Positions 18,180 through 27,870 of a stretch of 63,792 bases of DNA are shown one piece after another. The stretch comes from Chloroflexota bacterium (GTDB lineage Bacteria > Chloroflexota > Anaerolineae > Anaerolineales > Villigracilaceae). Numbering within the stretch: the stretch's first letter is position 1; each line of letters begins with the position of its first letter. Under the pieces are notes generated by a model. It saw only the letters and a list, made by a program, of their open reading frames with translations, did no database searches and was not told where the DNA came from. The DNA lies in assembly GCA_039932795.1 (NCBI GenBank), contig JBDTPH010000264.1:1-63792 (forward strand), written 5' to 3'. A program made the position numbers and the translations under genes.

Positions 18180-19238
18180 ATGCCCATCCCGAAAACTGGA
18201 CGCGAGATCCGCCTGACGACTTTATCTGCCTGTGCAGGTTGAGCGTCCAAACTAAGCGCAGACGCGCTGACGCAGGTGCTGCGTCCCATTAAGGATATCT
18301 TCGACGCCGCTTCATTCCCGGACCTTTTGGTGGGTCTGCGGGAACCTGATGACGCGGCCGTTTGGCGTTTGGATGAGGACCGTGCCCTCGTGGTAACCAC
18401 CGATTTTTTCACCCCCGTGGTGGACGACGCCTACGATTATGGCTCCATTGCCGCGGCAAACAGCCTCTCGGATGTATACGCGATGGGCGGACAGCCTTTC
18501 CTGGCATTGAATGTTGCCGCACTGCCGGATAATTTGCCCGTTGAAATTTCAAGCGAGATCATTCGCGGCGGCGCGGAAAAAGCGCGCGAGGCCGGGGTTG
18601 TCATCGCGGGGGGGCACACGGTCAAGGATACGGAACCAAAATATGGGCTCGTTGTCATCGGTTTCGTGGACCCGCGTAAAATGCTGAGCAAAAGCGGACT
18701 CAAAGTCGGCGATGCGTTGGTATTGACGAAGCCACTTGGATTCGGAGTGACCACCACAGCGCTGAAGCAGGAGAAGGCCGAAGAGCAGGACATTATTGAA
18801 GTTGTAGATTGGATGAAGCGTTTGAACAAATCTGCAAGCCAGCTGGCTGTAGAGTTTGGCTTGAGCGGAGGCACAGACATTACCGGGTACAGTTTGCTGG
18901 GTCACGGCATGGAAATGGCGCAGGCTTCGGAGGTCTCGCTGGAATTCGATTTCGAAAAAATGCCGTTTGTGTCTGGCGCGCGTAAATATGCAGAAATGGG
19001 TATCTTTCCTGGCGGCGCATTTGATAACAAAAAACATTTTGAGCCCAATGTAAAGTTTGGTGGTTCGATTGATGAGGCGAACCAGATGCTGCTGTTCGAC
19101 CCGCAGACAAGCGGTGGTCTGATGCTGGGAGTGCCACAGGATCAGCTGTCCAGCTTTCTGATGCGTGCTGGTGAAATGGGTCAGGCTGCGTGGGTGGTGG
19201 GCAGTGTTGAAATCGGAACTGGCATCCAGGTCCGCTGA
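18180..19238 (+). CDS. selD: selenide, water dikinase containing selenocysteine (in-frame TGA at 18240-18242)
   Basis: MPIPKTGREIRLTTLSACAG-U-ASKL is in frame with the ORF-track protein; DDAAV, DFFTP, NSLSDVYAMGG, DPQTSGG motifs. Confidence 0.93.
18269..18285 (+). promoter_or_regulatory. candidate bacterial SECIS hairpin
   Basis: GACGCAG-GTG-CTGCGTC; G-containing loop about 33 nt after the UGA. Confidence 0.5.
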
Positions 19239-19583
19239 TGATGCGCTTCATCCATAGTACAATATAGGCAAGCGAGAAAAATCCACTAGCATCATGTCAG
19301 AAGAAATCCCCATAGAAATTCATAATACATTGGAGCAGGTTACCACTGGCAGCCTGCTCCGCTCAAACTGTGCCTCTCATATATATGAGACAACACACTC
19401 GTCAGAGCAAATAAAGATTCAGCTAACAATAGCCAGCGTGAACGAACACAAATCAACTCAAAAACGTTCATCAAACATTCATTGTACAGACGAACGTTTT
19501 TGGGTTATTTCATTTAAGAGCATGACTACAAATATTTTGGGGAAATACAGCTGGCAGGATCGCAATCTGTCAGGAAGGACAGC

Positions 19584-20900
19584 ATGAGTTACTGGAACGA
19601 AATAGTTTTTATTGCCGTGCTCATTTTGATAAATGCAGTTTTGGCCATGTCGGAAGCGGCACTTATCTCATCGCGCAAGGCAAAACTGCATCAATATGCC
19701 AATGAGGGTGATAAAGCATCGCGAACAGCATTGAATTTAATGTCAGATCCGAATATTTTTCTTTCAACCATCCAGATCGGTATCACATTAATCGGAGTTT
19801 TATCGGGCGCCGTCGGCGGTGCAACCATCTCAGAAAGCCTTGCCGCCCAATTTTCAAGGATCCCCGCTCTTGAGCAATACAGCGAAGCCCTGGGGTTGGG
19901 TATCGTGGTTATGGTCATCACCATCCTTTCTCTGTGGCTGGGTGAACTGGTGCCCAAAAGACTTGCATTGCATAATCCCGAGAAAATAGCACGTTTTGTT
20001 GCCGAGCCCATGTTCTTCATTTCAAGAGTTTTTTCGCCAATCGTCAAGGTCCTGAGTTTCTCCACTGATTTTATATTGAGGGTTTTCGGTGTTAAGGCTT
20101 CGAACGATCCTCCCATCACTGAGGAGGAACTGCAGGTACTCCTCGACCAGGGTACACAGGCTGGCGTGTTTGAAGAGTCTGAGCAGGATATGGTGGAAGG
20201 CGTGTTCAGTCTCGGTGAACGGCGTGTCTATTCGCTGATGACGCCGCGCACGGAAATCGTCTGGCTGGACATTGAAAACTCAATTGAAGAAATCCGTACC
20301 AAGATAGCAGAGAATGAATATTCCCGTTTCCCTGTACGACAGGATACCCTGGATGTCATTTTGGGAATCGTGAAAGCACGCGATCTTCTTGTTGTAAGTC
20401 TGGGAAATGAGCAGATCAAACTCAAACAATTATTGAAGCCTGCATTTTTTATTCCTGAAACCATGTCTGCGGCGCGGGCATTGGAAATCTTCAAGGAAAA
20501 AGGGACTGAGATGCTTCTGGTCATTGATGAGTTTGGCGGCCTGCAGGGCCTGTTAACGGTTCACGATATCATCGAGGAGATCGTCGGTGAGATAGAGCTG
20601 GAGGAGCCGCAGGCCACACAACGACAGGACGGCTCGTGGCTGTTGGATGGCATGTTGGAAGTGGATGAGTTCAAGGAAATTTTTAGCCTTCCCGCCCTGC
20701 CTCATGAACCCGAATATGAAACCCTGAGTGGGTTTGTGATGGTGTCACTCGGACGTGTCCCGCAGACTGCCGATCAATTCGAATGGCATGGCTTGCGCTT
20801 CGAAGTCATCGATATGGACGGCCGCCGCGTGGACAAGGTACTTGTCACCACCCTGCCGCAGAAGCCATTGGCTGTGGAGCCGCGCGAAAAGAAGAAATGA
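19584..20900 (+). CDS. HlyC/CorC (CNNM, CBS pair, CorC) transporter
   Basis: FLSTIQIGIT, GELVPK, YSRFPV, DEFGG. Confidence 0.93.
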   Translation: MSYWNEIVFIAVLILINAVLAMSEAALISSRKAKLHQYANEGDKASRTALNLMSDPNIFLSTIQIGITLIGVLSGAVGGATISESLAAQFSRIPALEQYSEALGLGIVVMVITILSLWLGELVPKRLALHNPEKIARFVAEPMFFISRVFSPIVKVLSFSTDFILRVFGVKASNDPPITEEELQVLLDQGTQAGVFEESEQDMVEGVFSLGERRVYSLMTPRTEIVWLDIENSIEEIRTKIAENEYSRFPVRQDTLDVILGIVKARDLLVVSLGNEQIKLKQLLKPAFFIPETMSAARALEIFKEKGTEMLLVIDEFGGLQGLLTVHDIIEEIVGEIELEEPQATQRQDGSWLLDGMLEVDEFKEIFSLPALPHEPEYETLSGFVMVSLGRVPQTADQFEWHGLRFEVIDMDGRRVDKVLVTTLPQKPLAVEPREKKK

Positions 20901-20945
20901 CCCCGGGCGGATTTTAATTTCATATTGCAGATCAAGGAGAATGCC

Positions 20946-21725
20946 ATGTCATCCAATGCCAGGTCACTGAAACCCATGCCTTTTTCGCTGGCATTGCTGT
21001 ACTTTGGAATCCCTGCAATCGTCTTCGTACTTTCTGTTTATTATCTAATTCCGTTCTTCATGGATCAGGGGATCACTGAATTCATGAGTTACAGCCTGTC
21101 CCTGTTGATGCCTCTGATCATGATGTTGATCGCATCGTTGATCGCCCTGCGGATGGAGGGTTACCCGGTGACCTGGGCTGCCATTAAGGACCGGTTCCGC
21201 CTCAAAAAAATGGACAAGACCGATTGGGTGTGGACAGCCGCCTCATTTATTGTCATGATGATCGGTGCCGGAATATTTGGTGTGATCGGGCAAGTGCTTG
21301 TCCTGAGAGGCATCATTCCACTTCCATCCAACATTCCCACGGATCTTCTCGACCCAACCATTGACCCGGCAAACCTGTTGAACATCTTTGCTGCATCATT
21401 GGGGCCAAACGCGAAAGGGAATTGGGGCCTGCTTGTGTTCAGTTTGATCCTGCTCGCGTTCAATATCATTGGGGAGGAGTTCTGGTGGCGAGGTGTTGTC
21501 CTGCCTCGTCAGGAATTGGTGCATGGCAAAAACACGTGGCTGATCCACGGGACCTTGTGGGCTCTCTTCCACGCTTTTAAGTACTGGTCATGGCTGGGGC
21601 TGCTTCCCGTTTGCCTGGCGCTTTCGTTTATCGCACAAAAACGAAGAAATACATGGCCCGGCATCATCACACATTTTGTCGTCAACAGCCTCAGTTTGTT
21701 CCCGATCCTGAGTGCCATTCTCTAA
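20946..21725 (+). CDS. CPBP/CAAX intramembrane metalloprotease
   Basis: EEFWWRG, WALFH, IITHFVVN. Confidence 0.88.
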   Translation: MSSNARSLKPMPFSLALLYFGIPAIVFVLSVYYLIPFFMDQGITEFMSYSLSLLMPLIMMLIASLIALRMEGYPVTWAAIKDRFRLKKMDKTDWVWTAASFIVMMIGAGIFGVIGQVLVLRGIIPLPSNIPTDLLDPTIDPANLLNIFAASLGPNAKGNWGLLVFSLILLAFNIIGEEFWWRGVVLPRQELVHGKNTWLIHGTLWALFHAFKYWSWLGLLPVCLALSFIAQKRRNTWPGIITHFVVNSLSLFPILSAIL

Positions 21726-21729
21726 TGCC

Positions 21730-22479
21730 ATGGCCCGTAATTTTCTTCGTGCAGTAATCTTTGATCTGGGTGGTACGCTCATGTACGAGCGTAATACGTG
21801 GTATCAGATCACCGCAGAAGGTGACGAGGCACTCACGAAATACCTGATCGAGCAGGGCATGGAGCTTAACCTGTCCACCTTCCCGATCGAGTTCCGTCGC
21901 AGGATCGGTGAATATTTCGCGCGACGCGAAAAAGACCTCCTCGAAACCAGCTACACATTTGTCCTGCTGGACCTGCTGAAGGCCAAGGGCTACGCCAATA
22001 TGCCCGATGACGTGATCCGCAAGGCATTGGACAGCCTGTTTTCAATCACCCAAACCAACTGGATCCTCGAAGATGACGCATTACCCACACTGAAAAAACT
22101 GGTGCAGGATGGATATCGTCTCGGGCTGATCTCGAACGCAGGCGATGACCAGGATGTACAGCAGCTGGTGCGTCGCTTTGAAATAGCGCCCTATTTCGAT
22201 TTTATCCTCACATCGGCGGCGTGCAGCTACCGCAAGCCGCACCCGCGCATCTTCGAACTGGCGATTGCCAACTGGTATTTCCTCCCGTCTGAAACGGTGA
22301 TGGTCGGCGATAACCTCGATGCAGATATTCGCGGTGCGAAGAGCGCCGGCTTGTATGGCATTTGGATCAGCCGCCGCGCCGGTCAATCGTCTGAGGATCA
22401 GCCCCGCTTCCAGCCCGACGCGAGCGTATCCACGTTATCAGAACTTCCCCCGCTGCTCGACCGTCTCCAGGTCCAGTAG
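21730..22479 (+). CDS. HAD-family hydrolase
   Basis: FDLGGTL, ISN, KPHP, VGDNLDADI. Confidence 0.9.
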   Translation: MARNFLRAVIFDLGGTLMYERNTWYQITAEGDEALTKYLIEQGMELNLSTFPIEFRRRIGEYFARREKDLLETSYTFVLLDLLKAKGYANMPDDVIRKALDSLFSITQTNWILEDDALPTLKKLVQDGYRLGLISNAGDDQDVQQLVRRFEIAPYFDFILTSAACSYRKPHPRIFELAIANWYFLPSETVMVGDNLDADIRGAKSAGLYGIWISRRAGQSSEDQPRFQPDASVSTLSELPPLLDRLQVQ

Positions 22480-22498
22480 AAGTACATCCATCACATCG

Positions 22499-23395
22499 AT
22501 GACACGAAACAAATCGTTGCCTGCCTACATCGCTTTGGGAGTTGGCATTCTTTCGCTCAGTTTCTCGGCTATGTTCGTGCGCTGGGCAAATGCGCCTGGC
22601 CCGGTCACTGCTTTCTATCGTTTGTTCTTTTCAGTGTTTTTATTGTTCCCATTCTTCCTGCCGCGCATAAAAGCAAATCCATCCATCCGCTCGCGGCTGG
22701 TGCTATTCCCTCTTCTTGCGGGTGTGTTTACGGCATGCGATCTGGCGTTGTGGACGGCATCTCTATCATACACCACCGCATCCAATGCGACTTTGCTGGG
22801 GAACACCTCGCCGCTCTGGGTGGCGCTGGGAACGTGGTTCATCCTCAAACAAAAATTGTCGGCTGGATTCTGGCGCGGGCTGACATTCACGCTACTCGGC
22901 GCGGCTCTTATCATGGGCACAGACTTTATCCTGCATCCGCGCTTTGGTGTGGGAGATGTGATGGCGGTCTTCACTGGTTTTTTTTACGGCGGGTATTTCC
23001 TTTTCACCGAGAGAAGCCGCACAACTTTTGACCCTGTCAGTCACATCTGGTTCGTGGGAATTGGCGCAACCGTTTCGCTTTTTATTATCAACCTGGTGTT
23101 ACACAATCCACTTTCGGGCTTTGACACCAACACCTGGCTCGTGTTCCTTGCCAGCGCGCTGGTATCACAATTGATCGGTTACATGTCACTGGCCTACGCA
23201 CTGGGCCACCTTCCTGCATCGGTCGTCTCGCCAACCATGATCCTGCAGCCTGTGCTTACAACCATTCTGGCAATCCCCCTGCTCGGCGAGATCCCCAGCA
23301 TCTGGCAGGGTATTGGCGGGGCAATGGCACTGATCGGAATTTACATCGTCAATCAATCGCACCTTCGAGGTCAGCCTGGAACTCCCAACGCGTAA
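22499..23395 (+). CDS. EamA/DMT transporter
   Basis: About 10 TM segments in two EamA-like repeats. Confidence 0.88.
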   Translation: MTRNKSLPAYIALGVGILSLSFSAMFVRWANAPGPVTAFYRLFFSVFLLFPFFLPRIKANPSIRSRLVLFPLLAGVFTACDLALWTASLSYTTASNATLLGNTSPLWVALGTWFILKQKLSAGFWRGLTFTLLGAALIMGTDFILHPRFGVGDVMAVFTGFFYGGYFLFTERSRTTFDPVSHIWFVGIGATVSLFIINLVLHNPLSGFDTNTWLVFLASALVSQLIGYMSLAYALGHLPASVVSPTMILQPVLTTILAIPLLGEIPSIWQGIGGAMALIGIYIVNQSHLRGQPGTPNA

Positions 23396-23424
23396 GGCAG
23401 TCTTTGAGTAAAAACGAAAAAGGC

Positions 23425-23453
23425 TTGATATTTAGCCCACGATTTTATATACT
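23425..23453 (+). promoter_or_regulatory. sigma70-type promoter of the STAS gene
   Basis: TTGATA-17-TATACT. Confidence 0.6.
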
Positions 23454-23492
23454 AATACTATTGTGCTGAATTCACATTTATAGGAGAATAAA

Positions 23493-23909
23493 ATGGACAT
23501 CAAGGTCTCTATTGAAAACGGACATGTACCTGTCACTATCCTGCACGTGGATGGCAACATAGATGCGCTCAGCTATCAGGAGTTTCAGGCAAAAGCTGAA
23601 GAATTGATCAACGCAGGGGCGCAGTATCTCCTGGTCGATCTTTCCCATTCTCCATTTGTCAGCAGTGCAGGGCTGCGTGCCCTTCATCAGATCTTCAATG
23701 AACTCCGTGCCAGGGATCCCAACAATGGTCTCAGCGAAGAGGAAGTACGCAGGGGTATCAGCGCAGGGACTTATAAATCGCCGCATTTGAAACTGGTTAA
23801 CCTGTCGAAAGAGACCAAAACTGCGTTTGACATCAGCGGTTTCGACATGTTCATTGAAACATTCAACGATAAGCAGACTGCCATCGCATCCTTCCAGGGC
23901 GCAGGTTGA
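23493..23909 (+). CDS. STAS-domain anti-sigma factor antagonist
   Basis: GNID, DLSHSPFVSSAGLR, FDISGF. Confidence 0.88.
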   Translation: MDIKVSIENGHVPVTILHVDGNIDALSYQEFQAKAEELINAGAQYLLVDLSHSPFVSSAGLRALHQIFNELRARDPNNGLSEEEVRRGISAGTYKSPHLKLVNLSKETKTAFDISGFDMFIETFNDKQTAIASFQGAG

Positions 23910-23949
23910 AACTGTTTCCCAGTCTTATTACCGCATCAAGGAGGACGAT

Positions 23950-25374
23950 ATGGATCTAGGCGCCATGGTTGAAGTTGCAATCGGTATCATCTTTGTTTGG
24001 ATCGTGCTTAGCCTGACGACCATTCAGATGCAGGAGTGGGTCAGCAGCCGGCTTGATAAGCGGGCAAAAGATATGGAGGCAGCCATACATGAGATGCTTG
24101 CCAACCCGAATCTCAAGGATCAATTCTATGACCACCCCCTGATCCGGGGGTTGACTGCAAAAAAGAGAAAAGAACCTTCCAGAATACCGGCCTGGTTTTA
24201 TCGATATCCGATTCTCCGCGGCTTCACCAAGGAGAAAAGGAGACTGCCTTCCTACATTCCATCCCAACAATTCGCACTGGCCCTGTTTGATATTGCGATG
24301 ACAGCAAACACTGAATCATCCCTGATCCAGCAGGGTATCTTCAAGATTCGGGATGACTTGAAAAAGGAAAGTAACCTGCCGGTACATAGGGCTGTGATCG
24401 AAGAGCTGAATCTGCTTGCCGAACTGGCCCGCAGTGCAGCAGCCACCGAAGCGGGGACCGCCATCACCAATAGAACCCTTGCCATGCTCAAGAAAGAGGC
24501 GAATCAGTTCGTTGAGAAATTCCATAAGAAATATCCTGACATGAAGCTGGACGATAAAATACTCCTCAAAGTCACGAAAGGCATGGAGGAGGCCCTGCAG
24601 CAGGCAGTCCAGCTCAAGGCCGAAATGGACGATGTCGTCAGCAAACAGCCCAAGGATGATATCGATGCTGCGTTGGCGAAAGTCCGGCGCGGCGTCGCCG
24701 CATTGAGCGTCATTAGTCCAGAGGTGAACCAATCGCTTAGCGCCCTGCTTGTAAACCTGGAAGAATATGCAGCGGAGAAGGAAAAACTTCTTGCCAAAGC
24801 ACGCGGCAATGTGGAGAGGTGGTTTGACGACTCGATGGACCGCGTCAGCGGAGTCTACAAACGTTATTCACAGACCATGGCACTGGTGATCGGCGTCTTC
24901 GTGGCGCTATTGCTCAACGTTGACTCGATCAACCTGACGCTTTATTTATGGCGTGAGCCTGCTGTACGGCAGGCTCTGGCTAACCAGGCATCCACCTTCG
25001 AACTTGCGCAGGGAGAATTTCAAACGAATCCACAGGAAGCCATGCAGAAATTTCGGGATCAATTCGTCGGGCTGAATCTGCCCATCGGCTGGGGAATCAG
25101 TGAGGTTACAAACGGACGCGCATATCAAAATGATGGCTGCCGGTTGTTCCCGGAAAAAGATAGGGATCAAGTATTCGGGATCCCGATTCTTGGTACGAGC
25201 CAATGTATCACTCCACCTCAATCAGATGATCAGAATAATCTGGCAACCAAACTGCTCGGGATTTTCATCACTGCCCTCGCCGCCAGACAAGGTGCCCCCT
25301 TCTGGTTTGACATATTAAAGAGAGTGGTTAACGTGCGCTCCACCGGTGCAAATCCTGTGGAAAAAGGCAAGTAA
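23950..25374 (+). CDS. hypothetical membrane protein
   Basis: Long ORF with GAGG RBS; TM segments; WFDDSMDRVSGVYKR and GAPFWFD motifs. Confidence 0.8.
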   Translation: MDLGAMVEVAIGIIFVWIVLSLTTIQMQEWVSSRLDKRAKDMEAAIHEMLANPNLKDQFYDHPLIRGLTAKKRKEPSRIPAWFYRYPILRGFTKEKRRLPSYIPSQQFALALFDIAMTANTESSLIQQGIFKIRDDLKKESNLPVHRAVIEELNLLAELARSAAATEAGTAITNRTLAMLKKEANQFVEKFHKKYPDMKLDDKILLKVTKGMEEALQQAVQLKAEMDDVVSKQPKDDIDAALAKVRRGVAALSVISPEVNQSLSALLVNLEEYAAEKEKLLAKARGNVERWFDDSMDRVSGVYKRYSQTMALVIGVFVALLLNVDSINLTLYLWREPAVRQALANQASTFELAQGEFQTNPQEAMQKFRDQFVGLNLPIGWGISEVTNGRAYQNDGCRLFPEKDRDQVFGIPILGTSQCITPPQSDDQNNLATKLLGIFITALAARQGAPFWFDILKRVVNVRSTGANPVEKGK

Positions 25375-25388
25375 TTACCAACCTGTTG

Positions 25389-25426
25389 AAAAGTAAAGGG
25401 CTGCGACAAACAGCCCTTTACTTTTG
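25389..25426 (+). terminator. intrinsic terminator, possibly bidirectional
   Basis: AAAAGTAAAGGGCTG/CAGCCCTTTACTTTT inverted repeat. Confidence 0.8.
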
Positions 25427-25562
25427 GCATGGCAGGAAACGCAAATGCCGATATTGTTCCTCGTGACGTCCCGAGCCTTTGGTGTGTTGCACATTGTATT
25501 ACACCTGCTGAAATGCTTTTGACGAATTGCCTGCCTGATCCAAGGTGCTATAATTTCACCTT

Positions 25563-26972
25563 ATGACTGATGATCTTTTTGACCATGCCATGCGGGAACG
25601 CATGAAAAGTGAAGCCCCGCTTGCGGCGCGTATGCGTCCGCGCACGCTGGGTGAATACATCGGCCAGGAACACATCGTGGGGCAAGGCAAACTCCTGCGC
25701 CGCGCCATTGAAGCAGATCGTTTATTCTCCTCCATCATTTTATGGGGGCCGCCAGGTACTGGTAAAACCACCCTTGCCCAGGTCATCGCCAACACCACCA
25801 AGAGTCATTTCGTGACCATTTCAGCCATTCTGGCAGGCAAAGCCGACCTGCGAGTCATCATTGAAGAATCCCTGGAGCGCAGGCGCCTGCACAACATCCG
25901 CACGATCCTTTTTGTGGATGAGGTCCATCGCTGGAATAAAGCCCAGCAGGACGCCCTCCTCCCCCATGTTGAAAATGGTACGTTCACTCTCATTGGGGCA
26001 ACAACCGAGAACCCGTATTTCGAAGTCATCAAAGCGTTGATCTCGCGCTCACGCGTCTTCCAGTTGCGGAATTTGAACCAGGAAGAGACAGGCATCCTGA
26101 TCGACCGTGCCCTCAGTGATAAGGAACGCGGCTACGGGAATAAACGAATCATTCTCGACGCCGACGCCCGCTCCCACTTAATTGACGTGTCCAGTGGCGA
26201 TGCCCGTAACGCGTTAAACGCCATCGAGCTTGCAGTGGAATCCACAGCACCGGATAAAAAAGGTGTGATCCATATCACACTGGATGTTGCACAAGAGTCC
26301 ATCCAACGCCGCGCAGTGCTTTACGACAAGGATGGCGACGCGCACTACGATACAATCTCCGCCTTCATCAAATCGGTGCGCGGAAGCGACCCGGACGCCG
26401 CGCTTTACTGGCTCGCAAAAATGATCTACGCGGGCGAAGACCCCAAGTTTATTATCCGGCGGTTGATCATCCTGGCAGGCGAAGATATCGGCCTCGCCGA
26501 CCCGCTGGGACTCGTCGTTGCATCCTCCGCTGCGCATGCCTTCGATTACATCGGCCTGCCCGAAGGTATCTACCCCATCGTCGAAGCGACCTTGTATCTC
26601 GCGACCGCGCCCAAGTCCAATAGTGCAGGCGCATACTTCACAGCCATGAAAAAGATCGAAGAGCAGGGACAGGTCTCGGTGCCACGCCACCTCATGGACG
26701 GAAACCGAGACGCTGCCGCTATGGGACATGGCAGGGATTATGTGTATCAGCATGAGGAGCAAGGCCACTTCACCCCACAGCAATATTTACCAAAGCGGTT
26801 ATTAGGCACATATTTTTATGCTCCCTCCCAGGAGGGATATGAATCACAGGTAACCGCGCGGCTTGAAATGTGGCGGGAAGCGCAGCGCAATGCATTGGGA
26901 ATTACCAGGGTGGAAAACGTCCCTGCCATGAGTGAAGAACAAATCCAGGAAATGAAACGGAAGATCAAATAA
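25563..26972 (+). CDS. rarA: replication-associated recombination protein A (MgsA)
   Basis: PLAARMRP, GPPGTGKT, DEVHR, GATTENP, SAFIKSVRGSD. Confidence 0.95.
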   Translation: MTDDLFDHAMRERMKSEAPLAARMRPRTLGEYIGQEHIVGQGKLLRRAIEADRLFSSIILWGPPGTGKTTLAQVIANTTKSHFVTISAILAGKADLRVIIEESLERRRLHNIRTILFVDEVHRWNKAQQDALLPHVENGTFTLIGATTENPYFEVIKALISRSRVFQLRNLNQEETGILIDRALSDKERGYGNKRIILDADARSHLIDVSSGDARNALNAIELAVESTAPDKKGVIHITLDVAQESIQRRAVLYDKDGDAHYDTISAFIKSVRGSDPDAALYWLAKMIYAGEDPKFIIRRLIILAGEDIGLADPLGLVVASSAAHAFDYIGLPEGIYPIVEATLYLATAPKSNSAGAYFTAMKKIEEQGQVSVPRHLMDGNRDAAAMGHGRDYVYQHEEQGHFTPQQYLPKRLLGTYFYAPSQEGYESQVTARLEMWREAQRNALGITRVENVPAMSEEQIQEMKRKIK

Positions 26973-27604
26973 TGCCCTTATTGTTGCTGATCCGCCACGG
27001 TGAAAATGATTTTGTAAAAACAGGCAAACTGCCCGGTCAACGCGCCGGGATCCACCTCAATGAACGGGGCCAGAACCAAGCCCAGGCGTTGGGCGACGCG
27101 CTCAAGGATATCCCGATCAAAGCCGTTTACTCGAGTCCGCTGGAGAGGGCGATGGAAACTGCCGGACCCATCGCACAGGCGCGCAGCTTGCAGATCATCC
27201 CGGAGCCGAATCTTTTGGATGCAGACGTGGGCAGGTGGCAGGGAAAATCGCTGAAAGTCCTGCGGCTCACCAATGCCTGGAAGATCGTTCAGCACTCCCC
27301 TTCGCGCTTTCAATTCCCAGAGGGCGAGTCATTTGTTGACGTGCAAACACGCATCGCCAAAGCGCTTGAAGGCATTGTAAAAAAACATAACAAGCCGAAG
27401 GACATCCTTGCCGTGGTATTTCATGCCGACCCGATCAAGCTGGCAGTGGCTCATTTTCTGGGCCTGCCACTCGATCATTTTCAGAGGCTCAGCTGCGATA
27501 CCGGTTCTCTCAGTGCAATATATGTCAGCGACATGGGCGCGAACCTGGTCAAGCTAAACCAGCGTCCACCGTTCGAATTTTTGCAGCCACCGAAGAAAAA
27601 ATAA
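26972..27604 (+). CDS. histidine phosphatase / phosphoglycerate mutase family protein
   Basis: RHGE, SSPLERA, GES, HAD motifs. Confidence 0.9.
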   Translation: MPLLLLIRHGENDFVKTGKLPGQRAGIHLNERGQNQAQALGDALKDIPIKAVYSSPLERAMETAGPIAQARSLQIIPEPNLLDADVGRWQGKSLKVLRLTNAWKIVQHSPSRFQFPEGESFVDVQTRIAKALEGIVKKHNKPKDILAVVFHADPIKLAVAHFLGLPLDHFQRLSCDTGSLSAIYVSDMGANLVKLNQRPPFEFLQPPKKK

Positions 27605-27870
27605 CAGTCATGGGCGTGGACTATCTGCTTTACTCCCGTCAGTCGACTCTCGCAGTGGAGTCGACTGACGTGACCGTCCGTTTTTCAGACGGCTACAGTA
27701 TGACCTGTTCCCTTCCCATGGCGGCAGGGCTGACTTTCCGTAGCCGCTGTAATGAAAGCGATGGGATAAAAGCGGGCCCGTAGATTTCAGGAGTCAACAG
27801 GGGATGCAATTTTCAATCTATAAGTAGAAGAGTGTCATACTCGCTCATTTATCGTTTCAGGAAAACCGAC

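Noticed and set aside
19294-19587. 97-aa ORF upstream of the CorC-like gene
   Set aside because: No recognisable motif or RBS, AT-rich intergenic character; probably spurious
27761-27780. GGGATAAAAGC, similar to the 3' end of the ykkC riboswitch
   Set aside because: The conserved upstream ykkC elements and the following CCGGGAG are absent
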